Below, piece by piece: positions 37,919 to 46,373 of a stretch of DNA of 64,000 nucleotides. The notes under the pieces were generated by a model. The model had not been told where the DNA came from and did not search any database. It worked only from the letters and a program-made list of their open reading frames with translations. The stretch spans positions 1 to 64,000 of the forward strand of contig JBMFOB010000005.1 of assembly GCA_049969855.1 (NCBI GenBank). The letters are read 5' to 3'. The DNA is from Candidatus Bathyarchaeia archaeon. GTDB lineage: Archaea > Thermoproteota > Bathyarchaeia > Bathyarchaeales > Bathycorpusculaceae. The stretch's first letter is position 1. Each line of letters opens with the position of its first letter. The position numbers were made by a program, and so were the translations under genes.

Positions 37919-39303
37919 TGTGTGATGAGCCTCCTACAAGTTGCTTGGTGATATGCTGGTTCGCCCATCCAACGGTAAATTTTAACTGGACCAACTTCAA
38001 AGTCAACGCCTCCACGCCTAATCTTGTCGCGGGTTCTTATGGGCAGAAAAGTTTGAATGGTAATGTAGTCTGTTATTGCATAGCCTGGCTCAAGAACAAT
38101 TTCTGTTGGAGTTTCAACTCTAACCATTGCTTTAAGGTTGATTCCTTCACCGTAAGAAACGGTTTCGCTGGCTTCAAGAATGGGGTATAGGGTTATGTTT
38201 TCTCCGAATTTTTCCAAAATAGCCTTAAAAAGTGTATGTTTAGGCGTATAACGCAGAAGCAGTAGTCCAAGCCAAGAAACCGTTATGATGCTTTGCTTAT
38301 TTTCCACTGGATTCCAATCTTTGAATTTGACTCCCCAAAACATAAAATCACGATAATGCCTATCCAGAATTTGCATGCTCAGTTCTAGGCTTGGCTTGTC
38401 CTTGGCTGCGCGGAGGTCATGCAAGATTCCGCATGTTACGCTGTCATAGTAATCGCATGCAGCCTTACGCTTGACAATGTCTATGTAGCCTCCCCAGCAA
38501 ATGTTTGGGTTGTATCCGGCATAATCGGTGCTCGGTCCAATAGCGTTAATGGCTTCATAAACTCTTTGAACTGTTTGGCTCCAGCCTTCATAAGCGTAAA
38601 GTCCCAGTAATGCATAAGTGAAGCAGTCATCATAAATTTGATTTTCTTCTATGCCAATCCTATGCCATGAATTGTCTGAAGGTTCATAGTACAGCCAAAG
38701 GTTTTCGAAGCCGCTTCGGAGAAAATCCACAAGCTTAACCATCATGCTCTGATAAGTGTTCGCATTATCTTTGTCGTAGGTTTCGGCAAGCATTTTCAAG
38801 CCCAAAAGCCCATAAAGGCATTCGATGTCCATCTGTAGAAGCCAATCATCATTAACAGTAACAGCCCTTGCAAAACCGCCGTAGCTTTGCCTATCCTGCA
38901 TTGTCTTTAAGAAGGTGGAACCAGCAAGCTTGGCAGAATTTAAATAATCCATTTTATTCGTCAGCTTATAGGCTTTCAAAAGTGAAGGGATAATGCGACA
39001 AGCATCTATGGCATAATAATAATCGCTTGCCTCGTTGCTTTTGAAACCGCCATAAGCTTGTTTAGCGTTGTCAGTGCATTGCTGGGTTAAAATCCAATAA
39101 GCCAAAGAAACAATCTTATCATAAATCTCACTTTTTTTGGCTGCGCAGCGACTGTCAGAATAGGCTTCAGTGAGGAAATCTATGGCGAAGGAAGCAGCTG
39201 CAACTCCACGATCGCCCATAACGCCGGAACCTGGCACATAATAAAAGTATGGTGCATTGTCTAAGACAAATTGCAAATAAGCGTTTAGGGCTTCATCGAA
39301 CAT
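37915..39303 (-). CDS. Alpha/alpha-toroid domain fused to a head-closure-like domain
   Basis: WILTQQ...YGGF and MQ...YGGF repeats; C-terminal FGENITL...RDKIRRGGVDFEV...ATCRR; position after the adaptor. Confidence 0.6.
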   Translation of the reverse strand: MFDEALNAYLQFVLDNAPYFYYVPGSGVMGDRGVAAASFAIDFLTEAYSDSRCAAKKSEIYDKIVSLAYWILTQQCTDNAKQAYGGFKSNEASDYYYAIDACRIIPSLLKAYKLTNKMDYLNSAKLAGSTFLKTMQDRQSYGGFARAVTVNDDWLLQMDIECLYGLLGLKMLAETYDKDNANTYQSMMVKLVDFLRSGFENLWLYYEPSDNSWHRIGIEENQIYDDCFTYALLGLYAYEGWSQTVQRVYEAINAIGPSTDYAGYNPNICWGGYIDIVKRKAACDYYDSVTCGILHDLRAAKDKPSLELSMQILDRHYRDFMFWGVKFKDWNPVENKQSIITVSWLGLLLLRYTPKHTLFKAILEKFGENITLYPILEASETVSYGEGINLKAMVRVETPTEIVLEPGYAITDYITIQTFLPIRTRDKIRRGGVDFEVGPVKIYRWMGEPAYHQATCRRLITQ

Positions 39304-39657
39304 TTAGGCATACCCCACATGAGGCGTTTTTAAGCCTTGCAAAATCCTTTCAAGCTCACTTTGCAAAACATCCAAGGGCGGAGCTTTGCTTAACACGTTT
39401 ATGTTTTGGTCGCCGAGGCTGAAGCTTAATCCAACCGCTGAACCGCCAGTCAAATAGCAAATGGCATAAACAGCAGCCAAAACGGTTATGAACTCCTTTT
39501 CGGCATCAGCGCAATCTTCATAGTCGATTTCTCTTCCAAGCTCAAGCTCCAAAGTAACCTCAGCCCTTTTAATCATCTTAACAATTTTTGTGTCTGGAAC
39601 ATCAGCCGAACTGAGATTCAACACGTCGCGGACGTCATCAGGCGTTACAGTTGCCAA
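39304..39657 (-). CDS. Head-tail adaptor (gp15/gp6-like)
   Basis: VTPDDVRDVL...SFSLGDQNI pattern; first gene of the neck module; TTG start after GAGGTG. Confidence 0.7.
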   Translation of the reverse strand: MATVTPDDVRDVLNLSSADVPDTKIVKMIKRAEVTLELELGREIDYEDCADAEKEFITVLAAVYAICYLTGGSAVGLSFSLGDQNINVLSKAPPLDVLQSELERILQGLKTPHVGYA

Positions 39658-39752
39658 ACACCTCAAACCTCAAACAGAAAATGGAAAGAAGCAAAATTTA
39701 AACAATTTTCACGATAAAAAAGCATGTTTTTTGTCTGTTTTTGAAAAAATGC

Positions 39753-40655
39753 TTAATTCATATACTTTTTAGAATAATAGCTTTTGAAGATGACGACAGC
39801 AGCGGCGATAATTGTTAGGATTGTCAGTATTAGCAGTGTTGGATTTGGTCCGTATTCTGGAATCACTTCTTTAATGTAGAAAGTGTGTAGAACATCTGCC
39901 AGTAGGTTCACTGCCAAGTTAAGCGATTCTCCGCATCTGTTTCTGAATGCCGGATTGCTCCAGTCATAGTTTTGGTTCATCCAAACACATGTGAGGTCTC
40001 CGTCCACATCGAATGTTGTGTCATACGCAAGCATCAGCGTGGCATTGTAAGCTGAAATTTCAGTTAATTCACCATCAAATGATAGGAAACTGTTGAATTC
40101 ATCATTGTAGCTGTTTGTTCGTGTATTAACATAATTTTCATAACTGCTGTGGAGGGTTTTGTTTTCGCTTCCCCAATCCGTTTTGCTACCCATGACATGG
40201 GCAAAAACTGCGACGCCAACAATGTAATGGCTCATGACGCCGAGCCTTTTAGCCGCGTTAACCATGTCACCAGCTTTTACATATGCAACAGCAGCCTCAT
40301 ATTCTTCTTCAGCCCTAACCGCAGCATCATCCTCCTGCAAAGAACCGTTAGCAAAATAGTAAACGTGATGCTTACTCGTATCGCCTATTCCGTCTGGAGC
40401 TTGGTTGTTGTCGGGCAGTTCTGTGCCATACAAATAGGCAGCAAGGTTGTCAAGGATGAATTGTTTCTCTTCTGATGGCAAATAGTCTAAAGCGTGTTCT
40501 GCAATCCAGTCATGCGTTCCATATTTTGGGTTTGAAGGGTCATCGCTGTAACCGCCATTACTCCACCCGAAAACCAAGGTAAAGTTGACAGCTGCCACTG
40601 TTAATCCGCTCAAGAAAGTGCATATCCAAAAAAGAACAATGCACTTCTTTATCAT
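39753..40655 (-). CDS. Zinc-dependent phospholipase C/P1 nuclease-family secreted protein with PEF-CTERM-like tail
   Basis: Signal peptide, WS..., THDWIA, PD, HH, SHY and HSSYE; IPEY plus TM helix plus basic tail. Confidence 0.8.
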   Translation of the reverse strand: MIKKCIVLFWICTFLSGLTVAAVNFTLVFGWSNGGYSDDPSNPKYGTHDWIAEHALDYLPSEEKQFILDNLAAYLYGTELPDNNQAPDGIGDTSKHHVYYFANGSLQEDDAAVRAEEEYEAAVAYVKAGDMVNAAKRLGVMSHYIVGVAVFAHVMGSKTDWGSENKTLHSSYENYVNTRTNSYNDEFNSFLSFDGELTEISAYNATLMLAYDTTFDVDGDLTCVWMNQNYDWSNPAFRNRCGESLNLAVNLLADVLHTFYIKEVIPEYGPNPTLLILTILTIIAAAVVIFKSYYSKKYMN

Positions 40656-40838
40656 AATGCTCTGTAATCATATTGTTGTTGTCAAGTTAAAAATTTGCTT
40701 ACATGAGTTTAAGGCATCAAAGTCTTTTAACAGAATAGACGTTAAACGTAGCATTGCTTGTGCTTTAATTAGAGAATAAGGTTTAATAATGTCTATACTA
40801 ACCACTTTTGTTTAAAATGGTTAGCGGAGTGAGATGGT

Positions 40839-41051
40839 ATGGTTAATGAGGGAAAAGGACGCTTGTTCAAAAGGAAAGACGGAAAATACTTGATTTATTT
40901 ACCGCTTGATTTGGCCCAAGACAGCATGTTTCCATTCAAAGAGTATAAGAAAACTAAGAGGGGCACGGATTCCATAGCTGTGAAAGTGAGTTTCAAGCTT
41001 GGAGACGATAAACTAATCATTGAGAAGTGGCAGGAACCAAAACAGCAATAA
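40839..41051 (+). CDS. AbrB/SpoVT-like small protein
   Basis: GRLFKRKDGKYLIYLPLDLA...VKVSF...KLIIE swapped-hairpin pattern. Confidence 0.6.
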   Translation: MVNEGKGRLFKRKDGKYLIYLPLDLAQDSMFPFKEYKKTKRGTDSIAVKVSFKLGDDKLIIEKWQEPKQQ

Positions 41052-41078
41052 AATAAAAAATTGGGTGCTTTGCTGTCT

Positions 41079-42746
41079 TTAAGGCTTGCTAAGTTTTGTT
41101 TTTCTTTTGCGAATTACTACTGCTGATAGTGTGGATGCGGCAAGTATTGGAAGTATTAGCTGTAGCGAGAATTCTGGAATCACATGATATCTGTATTCTT
41201 GTCCCATCTCTTGGGTTGTGATTGTATTGTTGAAGTTGTCTTCGGCTATAATTATGTAGGTTACGTTTGTGCAGTATGGAAAAGCGGGTATTGTGCCATT
41301 GTAGAGGTTTCCTTCAACGTTGTCCATGACAACTGTTCCATTCCATGTTCCAGTGCTGTTAGTGTAAGTGTAGTTTAGCGTTACCTGTTTTACTCCGCTA
41401 AGGTCGTCGGTAACATTAGCGTAAACCATAACCTCATCTTCTGGATAAACGCTGTCGTTGACTGGCTGCTGATGCACATTCTCTATCACAGGCGGAGTGT
41501 TATCCTCTATTGTTTGGAAAACGTAAAGGCTATCATAACCGGGACCAGCAACTACAGTTATGATGCCGTCTCCAGACATGGAAACCAATGGGCTAGGTTG
41601 GGGCAAGGAAAAGTTTGCTATCATAGTGCCATCAGACTTGAAAAAGTAAGCCGTATTATTGGATTCATCTGGAGCTTGAGCAGCTGCAGCTATTAGGCCG
41701 CCATTACCGCTTATAGCAACATCCAATATTACTTCACCTTCACGTCTTGTCCAGTTTTCAACTTCATTATAGCCAGAAAGTTCCCTCGCATTAGCCCAAA
41801 AATGCAAGCCGCATGGACCCGCTGGGGCGGTGCCAGCTATAACTTCGTCGCCATTATAGCTCATATCCACACAAAGGAACGCCACATTTCTAGTCCATGT
41901 AGGGTCTGGTTCTCCAGAAAGGTTTGTGGCGTCTGCCCAATAGTAAAGAGTCTCTGGACCAGGAATTGCAGTCACTGCGTCTACTGCGACAACGGAGTAG
42001 CCATCATCAGATACAGCCAAATCTATTATTGGAGCAGTTATTGAACTCCAAGAAACCCACAGGGGATTGTGGGTTCCGCTGGCAGTGGTTGCATCTTTAT
42101 AAAAGACAACAAAGCCATTAGTGAAGTTGCTCCCGCCTGCAGCGACATATTCACCATTCGGCGATATTTTTACAGCGCGAAAGTCTTCTACGAGGAAACC
42201 TGTCAACCAAGTTTCGCTTTCAGCAGAGCCCGACCTTGTTGTGCAGTCAGCAAAGTAATATAGGGTTATGCCTGTTCCACTCACAACCACATAGTCTCCA
42301 TCATAAGACATGTCTAAAGTGCCTCTCTCAACTGCTCCTCCGAGGTCTCTGCTTGTCCATGTTGGGGCTGAGCGTTCGCCAGTTGTTGCCCGTGAATTAT
42401 TAAAGTAGCTTAAATATCCGCTGTCGTCGCCTGTAACCACGTATTCGCCGTCTCCAGATATGGCAACAGAAAGGAACGTTGTTCCAGAATACCACCATTT
42501 AGGAGTTGAAATGTTCCACTCAAAATAGTACAAGCCCGTATCATTCACAGCAGCTATATAATTGCCATCCGCTGAAACTGCCACATCATATACACTCATA
42601 GAATTGTTCCAAAGCATCACTATTCCATAAATCTTTGAAGGGTCTACGCCGTCAGGCGCTTTAACTTCAACAGCCTTAAACCCAACCATCAGCACAGCAA
42701 AGAGCAAAGCAAATAGGCTTAGAACCGAAACGAATTTTCTCTTCAT
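41079..42746 (-). CDS. WD40-like beta-propeller surface protein with PEF-CTERM
   Basis: Signal peptide; repeated VAISxDGxYVV blades; DNTPPVI Ig-like domain; IPEF-TM-basic tail. Confidence 0.85.
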   Translation of the reverse strand: MKRKFVSVLSLFALLFAVLMVGFKAVEVKAPDGVDPSKIYGIVMLWNNSMSVYDVAVSADGNYIAAVNDTGLYYFEWNISTPKWWYSGTTFLSVAISGDGEYVVTGDDSGYLSYFNNSRATTGERSAPTWTSRDLGGAVERGTLDMSYDGDYVVVSGTGITLYYFADCTTRSGSAESETWLTGFLVEDFRAVKISPNGEYVAAGGSNFTNGFVVFYKDATTASGTHNPLWVSWSSITAPIIDLAVSDDGYSVVAVDAVTAIPGPETLYYWADATNLSGEPDPTWTRNVAFLCVDMSYNGDEVIAGTAPAGPCGLHFWANARELSGYNEVENWTRREGEVILDVAISGNGGLIAAAAQAPDESNNTAYFFKSDGTMIANFSLPQPSPLVSMSGDGIITVVAGPGYDSLYVFQTIEDNTPPVIENVHQQPVNDSVYPEDEVMVYANVTDDLSGVKQVTLNYTYTNSTGTWNGTVVMDNVEGNLYNGTIPAFPYCTNVTYIIIAEDNFNNTITTQEMGQEYRYHVIPEFSLQLILPILAASTLSAVVIRKRKTKLSKP

Positions 42747-42827
42747 AACTCATCGCCCATTATTATTCCTATTCGGTTTTTATAACTTGCGGAAAAACAT
42801 TCCAATTCAAAAATAAAAGAAGAGATG

Positions 42828-43067
42828 TCACGCTTTAGCTGTGTCAACAAGTTTCTGCAACCAAACCGTAATCGCCGTAGGACCTACAAGCGCAGTGTAA
42901 ACGTCAAAGGTCATGCCAGCCATATCCAGCCCCAAAGCCGAAAAAGCTCCAATAGCCGCAGTCCGCAGAAACTTCTTCCAACTGAAAGGCTTATCCTGCG
43001 CTGCATAACCCAAAAAAGCATAGATTAAGGCTGCACAAATCCCCAAACCTATGTTTAACACGTTCAC
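42828..43067 (-). CDS. Small membrane protein (holin-like)
   Basis: 79 aa with 2-3 hydrophobic segments; strong GGAGGTGA SD; follows the portal. Confidence 0.6.
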   Translation of the reverse strand: MNVLNIGLGICAALIYAFLGYAAQDKPFSWKKFLRTAAIGAFSALGLDMAGMTFDVYTALVGPTAITVWLQKLVDTAKA

Positions 43068-43170
43068 TTTTTCACCTCCCTTTTTAAGCTTTTAATTTTG
43101 GTTTCCCGCCTCCAGGAAAGCGCATAGGCCACTTGACCCATGAGGAGAAAGGAGAAAACCAAGACAGAAG

Positions 43171-44388
43171 CTATAGCGTTGCACTCTCCATGAAGGTTTC
43201 GGGCTTCTCCCAAAGCTGCCAACCAAACTTTACAGCGTTCTTGCGAAACTCTTCCGTGCGAATTAAACCCAACTCAGCAGCCTTCAGCATATCAGCCATA
43301 ACAATTTCAGGCGCTTTCTCGCTTCCCCAGTTTAAACGAACCTGAGCCTCGGCTGGGTTAAAGCCGGCTTGAGCTAAAACTGGATTGAAGATTTCGCTTT
43401 CAACTTGCCGCTTAACATAACGCTGAATAGGCTTGATGAGCATGCTTTGAAGGTCTAAGGCCGCCTTTGCAGAAGCCTCCGTAAAGCCAGGAGTGCTGAA
43501 AAGGCGTGGAAGTGGGGTTTCGCATCCCAAATAGAACTGGTTTATTATATGTTCAATGTAATATTCAAAGCGGGCGCGGGGGTCAAGCGTCAACGGTTTT
43601 ATGTCGCCTTTCCCGCTGTAGAAAAGCCAAGCGCCTTCTTCGCTTCGACTTTTTATGGCTCTCTCAAACTTTTGAATTGTGGCTTCATCAGCCTTTTCCA
43701 GCAAAGCCAAAACATCTGGACCCGCATACTTTTCAAAAATTTTCGGCATTACCCGCTCTATTTTTGCTTTCATCCAAGCATATGCTGGACGCCGATCAGA
43801 CTGGAACGTAAGCGAGTGCAGGAGCACTTGTAAAACGCCCGTTCCGAAACCTGAAAAGCCAAGAGGGTTTATTCTCCAGTGGATTATGGCTTCTGGTCTT
43901 AGGCTTTCGCCACCGTAACTTTGCCTAAGCTTATAGCCTTCAGTTTTGTAGGGAACTTTTAATGCGCCATCCTGTATGTAGTTTTGTTCAATGCGTTCCA
44001 CAGCATCCACTGGAAGCCTATGCAGTTCTGTTAGGCGTTCAGGAGTGATTTTAAGCCAAAACTCGTTTCCACAAGCAATTAAAATGCGCGCCATATCACA
44101 GAGAAGCGCATCCAAATTAACATTTTCATTAAACTTGTCCACAACCTTTTTCGCTTCTTCAGCCCTCTCATACGCTTCATTAACAGTCGTGTAAAAGCCC
44201 ATGCCAACGGCAGAAGCCGCCAACAAATCAACACTTGCCTTACATGTTGGGTCTCGCTCATAAAGTTTCACGACATCACTGAGCGGAATGCTTGGCGTTT
44301 CATAAACGACTGCAGACTGCGGAGAAGCGCATCCACTTTTGGCTTTAATGGAGAAGGCTTCAGTTAGGCGTTTCAAAATTCTGTTCAC
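43171..44388 (-). CDS. Portal protein
   Basis: LYERDPTCKASVD, ACGNEFW, IIHWRINP..FGTG and FTEASAK; 405 aa. Confidence 0.88.
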   Translation of the reverse strand: MNRILKRLTEAFSIKAKSGCASPQSAVVYETPSIPLSDVVKLYERDPTCKASVDLLAASAVGMGFYTTVNEAYERAEEAKKVVDKFNENVNLDALLCDMARILIACGNEFWLKITPERLTELHRLPVDAVERIEQNYIQDGALKVPYKTEGYKLRQSYGGESLRPEAIIHWRINPLGFSGFGTGVLQVLLHSLTFQSDRRPAYAWMKAKIERVMPKIFEKYAGPDVLALLEKADEATIQKFERAIKSRSEEGAWLFYSGKGDIKPLTLDPRARFEYYIEHIINQFYLGCETPLPRLFSTPGFTEASAKAALDLQSMLIKPIQRYVKRQVESEIFNPVLAQAGFNPAEAQVRLNWGSEKAPEIVMADMLKAAELGLIRTEEFRKNAVKFGWQLWEKPETFMESATL

Positions 44389-44633
44389 TCCAAACCCTCC
44401 AAAAGTTTAACGCCTTTCTCTGTAATCACGTATGGCGCCCGATGCTTCTGCCCACTCTTTTGCACATAACCATTCTGAACAAGATAATGAAATATGCCTT
44501 CAAAAGTGGCGTGGGTCCCAAACTTTCTAACAGTTCTCTTCTCAAGCTCAGTTCTGCAAAGAGATTGCCTACTAAGCTCTTTTAATACGGTTTTGGCTAG
44601 ATTTAATCTATCACGTAAATTTCTCATGTGCAA
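44385..44633 (-). CDS. Small winged-helix protein
   Basis: YLVQNGYVQK...YVITEKGVKLL wHTH signature. Confidence 0.75.
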   Translation of the reverse strand: MHMRNLRDRLNLAKTVLKELSRQSLCRTELEKRTVRKFGTHATFEGIFHYLVQNGYVQKSGQKHRAPYVITEKGVKLLEGLE

Positions 44634-44878
44634 ACAACCTCCACAGGTTTTTTATCGCTAAAAAATGGGGGAGAATGACGAGGGCAAACCATTAGAATCG
44701 CAAAGTCCCTTTTGGCATCAGCCGCATAAGTTTTAGGCGCTAAGTCTGGAGTGTAAGGCTCCATTTCAGCCCCGCATATTGGGCAATGCCTATAGCAGTC
44801 GCAGACAACAACGTCGCCCTTACGGTTTGAATAATGCGTTTTCCCGCAGGATGGGCATTTTCCTTCAAACTTTAACAT
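44624..44878 (-). CDS. Small zinc-finger protein
   Basis: CPSC, CDC..HCPIC and CPRH. Confidence 0.75.
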   Translation of the reverse strand: MLKFEGKCPSCGKTHYSNRKGDVVVCDCYRHCPICGAEMEPYTPDLAPKTYAADAKRDFAILMVCPRHSPPFFSDKKPVEVVCT

Positions 44879-44907
44879 TTTAACCTAGCCCAAATGCGCT
44901 TTTACGG

Positions 44908-45861
44908 TTATAGCGAAGTGCTAATGTTGACCATTTTTGCAACAGCCTTGCTTCTCAAAACGCCTAAGCCAAACCTTGTTGTTGCTCTAACGCCATACTT
45001 GCCACTTTTCGGGTCTTCCCAATCCTCAACAGTTATATCTCTTCGCAATAGCATGACCGCAGCCACGCGGGTGTCTATGGCGTAGGCTGTTCCATTAGGC
45101 ACTAAAGTGCTGGCTAAAACCTTCATGCCAAGGACGCTGCCGATAACGCCGCGCTCCAAATCCACTTGTTCCGCTGGCAAGTATTGGGCGTGGATGAACT
45201 TGTCGTCGCTTAAAAGCTGATGCAGTTGGATTTCGTTAACGGCTAAGACTGTTGGGCGCCAGTTTTCCTCTCTAACGGCGTTATGAAGTTTTAGCACTCC
45301 AGACCAGTTTATGGCGTTTCCACCATTGTCTATTGGAGCCCCACCAGCCAAATCAGCATTTGCAATAGCCCCATACAATTCCAATATCTTGTTTGTCTCC
45401 GCCTCGCCTAAGGCTCTTCCAACCTTTTCAGTCATGCTGTCCATAACATTCCATGTAGCGTCTTCCAAGAATTCCCTTGTCCACTCTTCAGAGGCTTCAG
45501 CAATAATATTTGTGTAAACGTCAACTGTGCTGATTTTCTTCCCACTAAGTCTTGTGTAGGCGCCTTCAGCATAACGATATGCAATAGCCGTCTCATCCAA
45601 TGGAAATCTTTCCATGGTTTCCGTTGTTGGTCTAACAATTATAATGTCTCGACCTATCATTTCAGGGTTAGCAGCCTCAACGAGAGTGTCATGCATTCGC
45701 CCCAAAGCGCCAACCATGTCGCTGAACAACTGTTCTTTAACGCCAACTTCGCAGTAACGCTTGAGGAAGGGATGCGTAACAGCCTTATGCTTTAATTCTT
45801 CCATGAGTTGCCTAAATTCTGGGTCGGAGTGCATGAGACTTTCAAAAAGTTTTGGTTTCAT
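44908..45861 (-). CDS. Major capsid protein (HK97 fold)
   Basis: TREFLEDAT, GSVLGMKVLASTLVPNGTAY and RFGLGVLRSKAV. Confidence 0.92.
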   Translation of the reverse strand: MKPKLFESLMHSDPEFRQLMEELKHKAVTHPFLKRYCEVGVKEQLFSDMVGALGRMHDTLVEAANPEMIGRDIIIVRPTTETMERFPLDETAIAYRYAEGAYTRLSGKKISTVDVYTNIIAEASEEWTREFLEDATWNVMDSMTEKVGRALGEAETNKILELYGAIANADLAGGAPIDNGGNAINWSGVLKLHNAVREENWRPTVLAVNEIQLHQLLSDDKFIHAQYLPAEQVDLERGVIGSVLGMKVLASTLVPNGTAYAIDTRVAAVMLLRRDITVEDWEDPKSGKYGVRATTRFGLGVLRSKAVAKMVNISTSL

Positions 45862-45867
45862 GCCGTT

Positions 45868-46299
45868 TCACCGTTCCACATAAATGAAGATTAGGTCGTC
45901 TGCTGCTGAAGCAGATTCAAGGGCTATTCCAAGTTTTCGGGCATAGTAAATTGTGTATTGAGCTGTTCCGCCTTCGTTTACAGACTGGTCTGTTAACTGA
46001 AGAATTCTTTTTGAGGCGTCAGCTCCATAAACCGCTTTTCCACGAGTTACGGCTCCGCCAACCTTCACCTTAACCCTTCCGCTAATAAGAACTGGACAAG
46101 GTTCGCCAGATGCAACACTTTTAAGTGCTATGCCAATGCAGTCTTGGGTTGCTGTTGCTGGGCTAACCTTGTCATCAGCGCTTAAGTAAACTGGGTCTCC
46201 TTTGGTTATGGCTGCATTAGCCACGAAAGTTTCAGTGATAGCGTTTGGGTCGTCTGTTTCGCCGATGCTCATCCAAGTTTTTCCAGTGTTATCTGCCAT
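45868..46299 (-). CDS. Capsid decoration/cement protein (DUF2190-like)
   Basis: AAITKGDPV, IGIAL...SGRVKV and LGIALESASAADDLI. Confidence 0.8.
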   Translation of the reverse strand: MADNTGKTWMSIGETDDPNAITETFVANAAITKGDPVYLSADDKVSPATATQDCIGIALKSVASGEPCPVLISGRVKVKVGGAVTRGKAVYGADASKRILQLTDQSVNEGGTAQYTIYYARKLGIALESASAADDLIFIYVER

Positions 46300-46373
46300 A
46301 AAAATCACTCCTCAAATCCATTATTGTTTCAGCCAGTTCATCCTGGCTTACTCCAAAAATTATACGTCTACTT

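Noticed and set aside
32127-39657. Contractile injection system or tailocin
   Set aside because: No sheath or baseplate wedge genes are recognisable, and capsid, portal and terminase genes are present.
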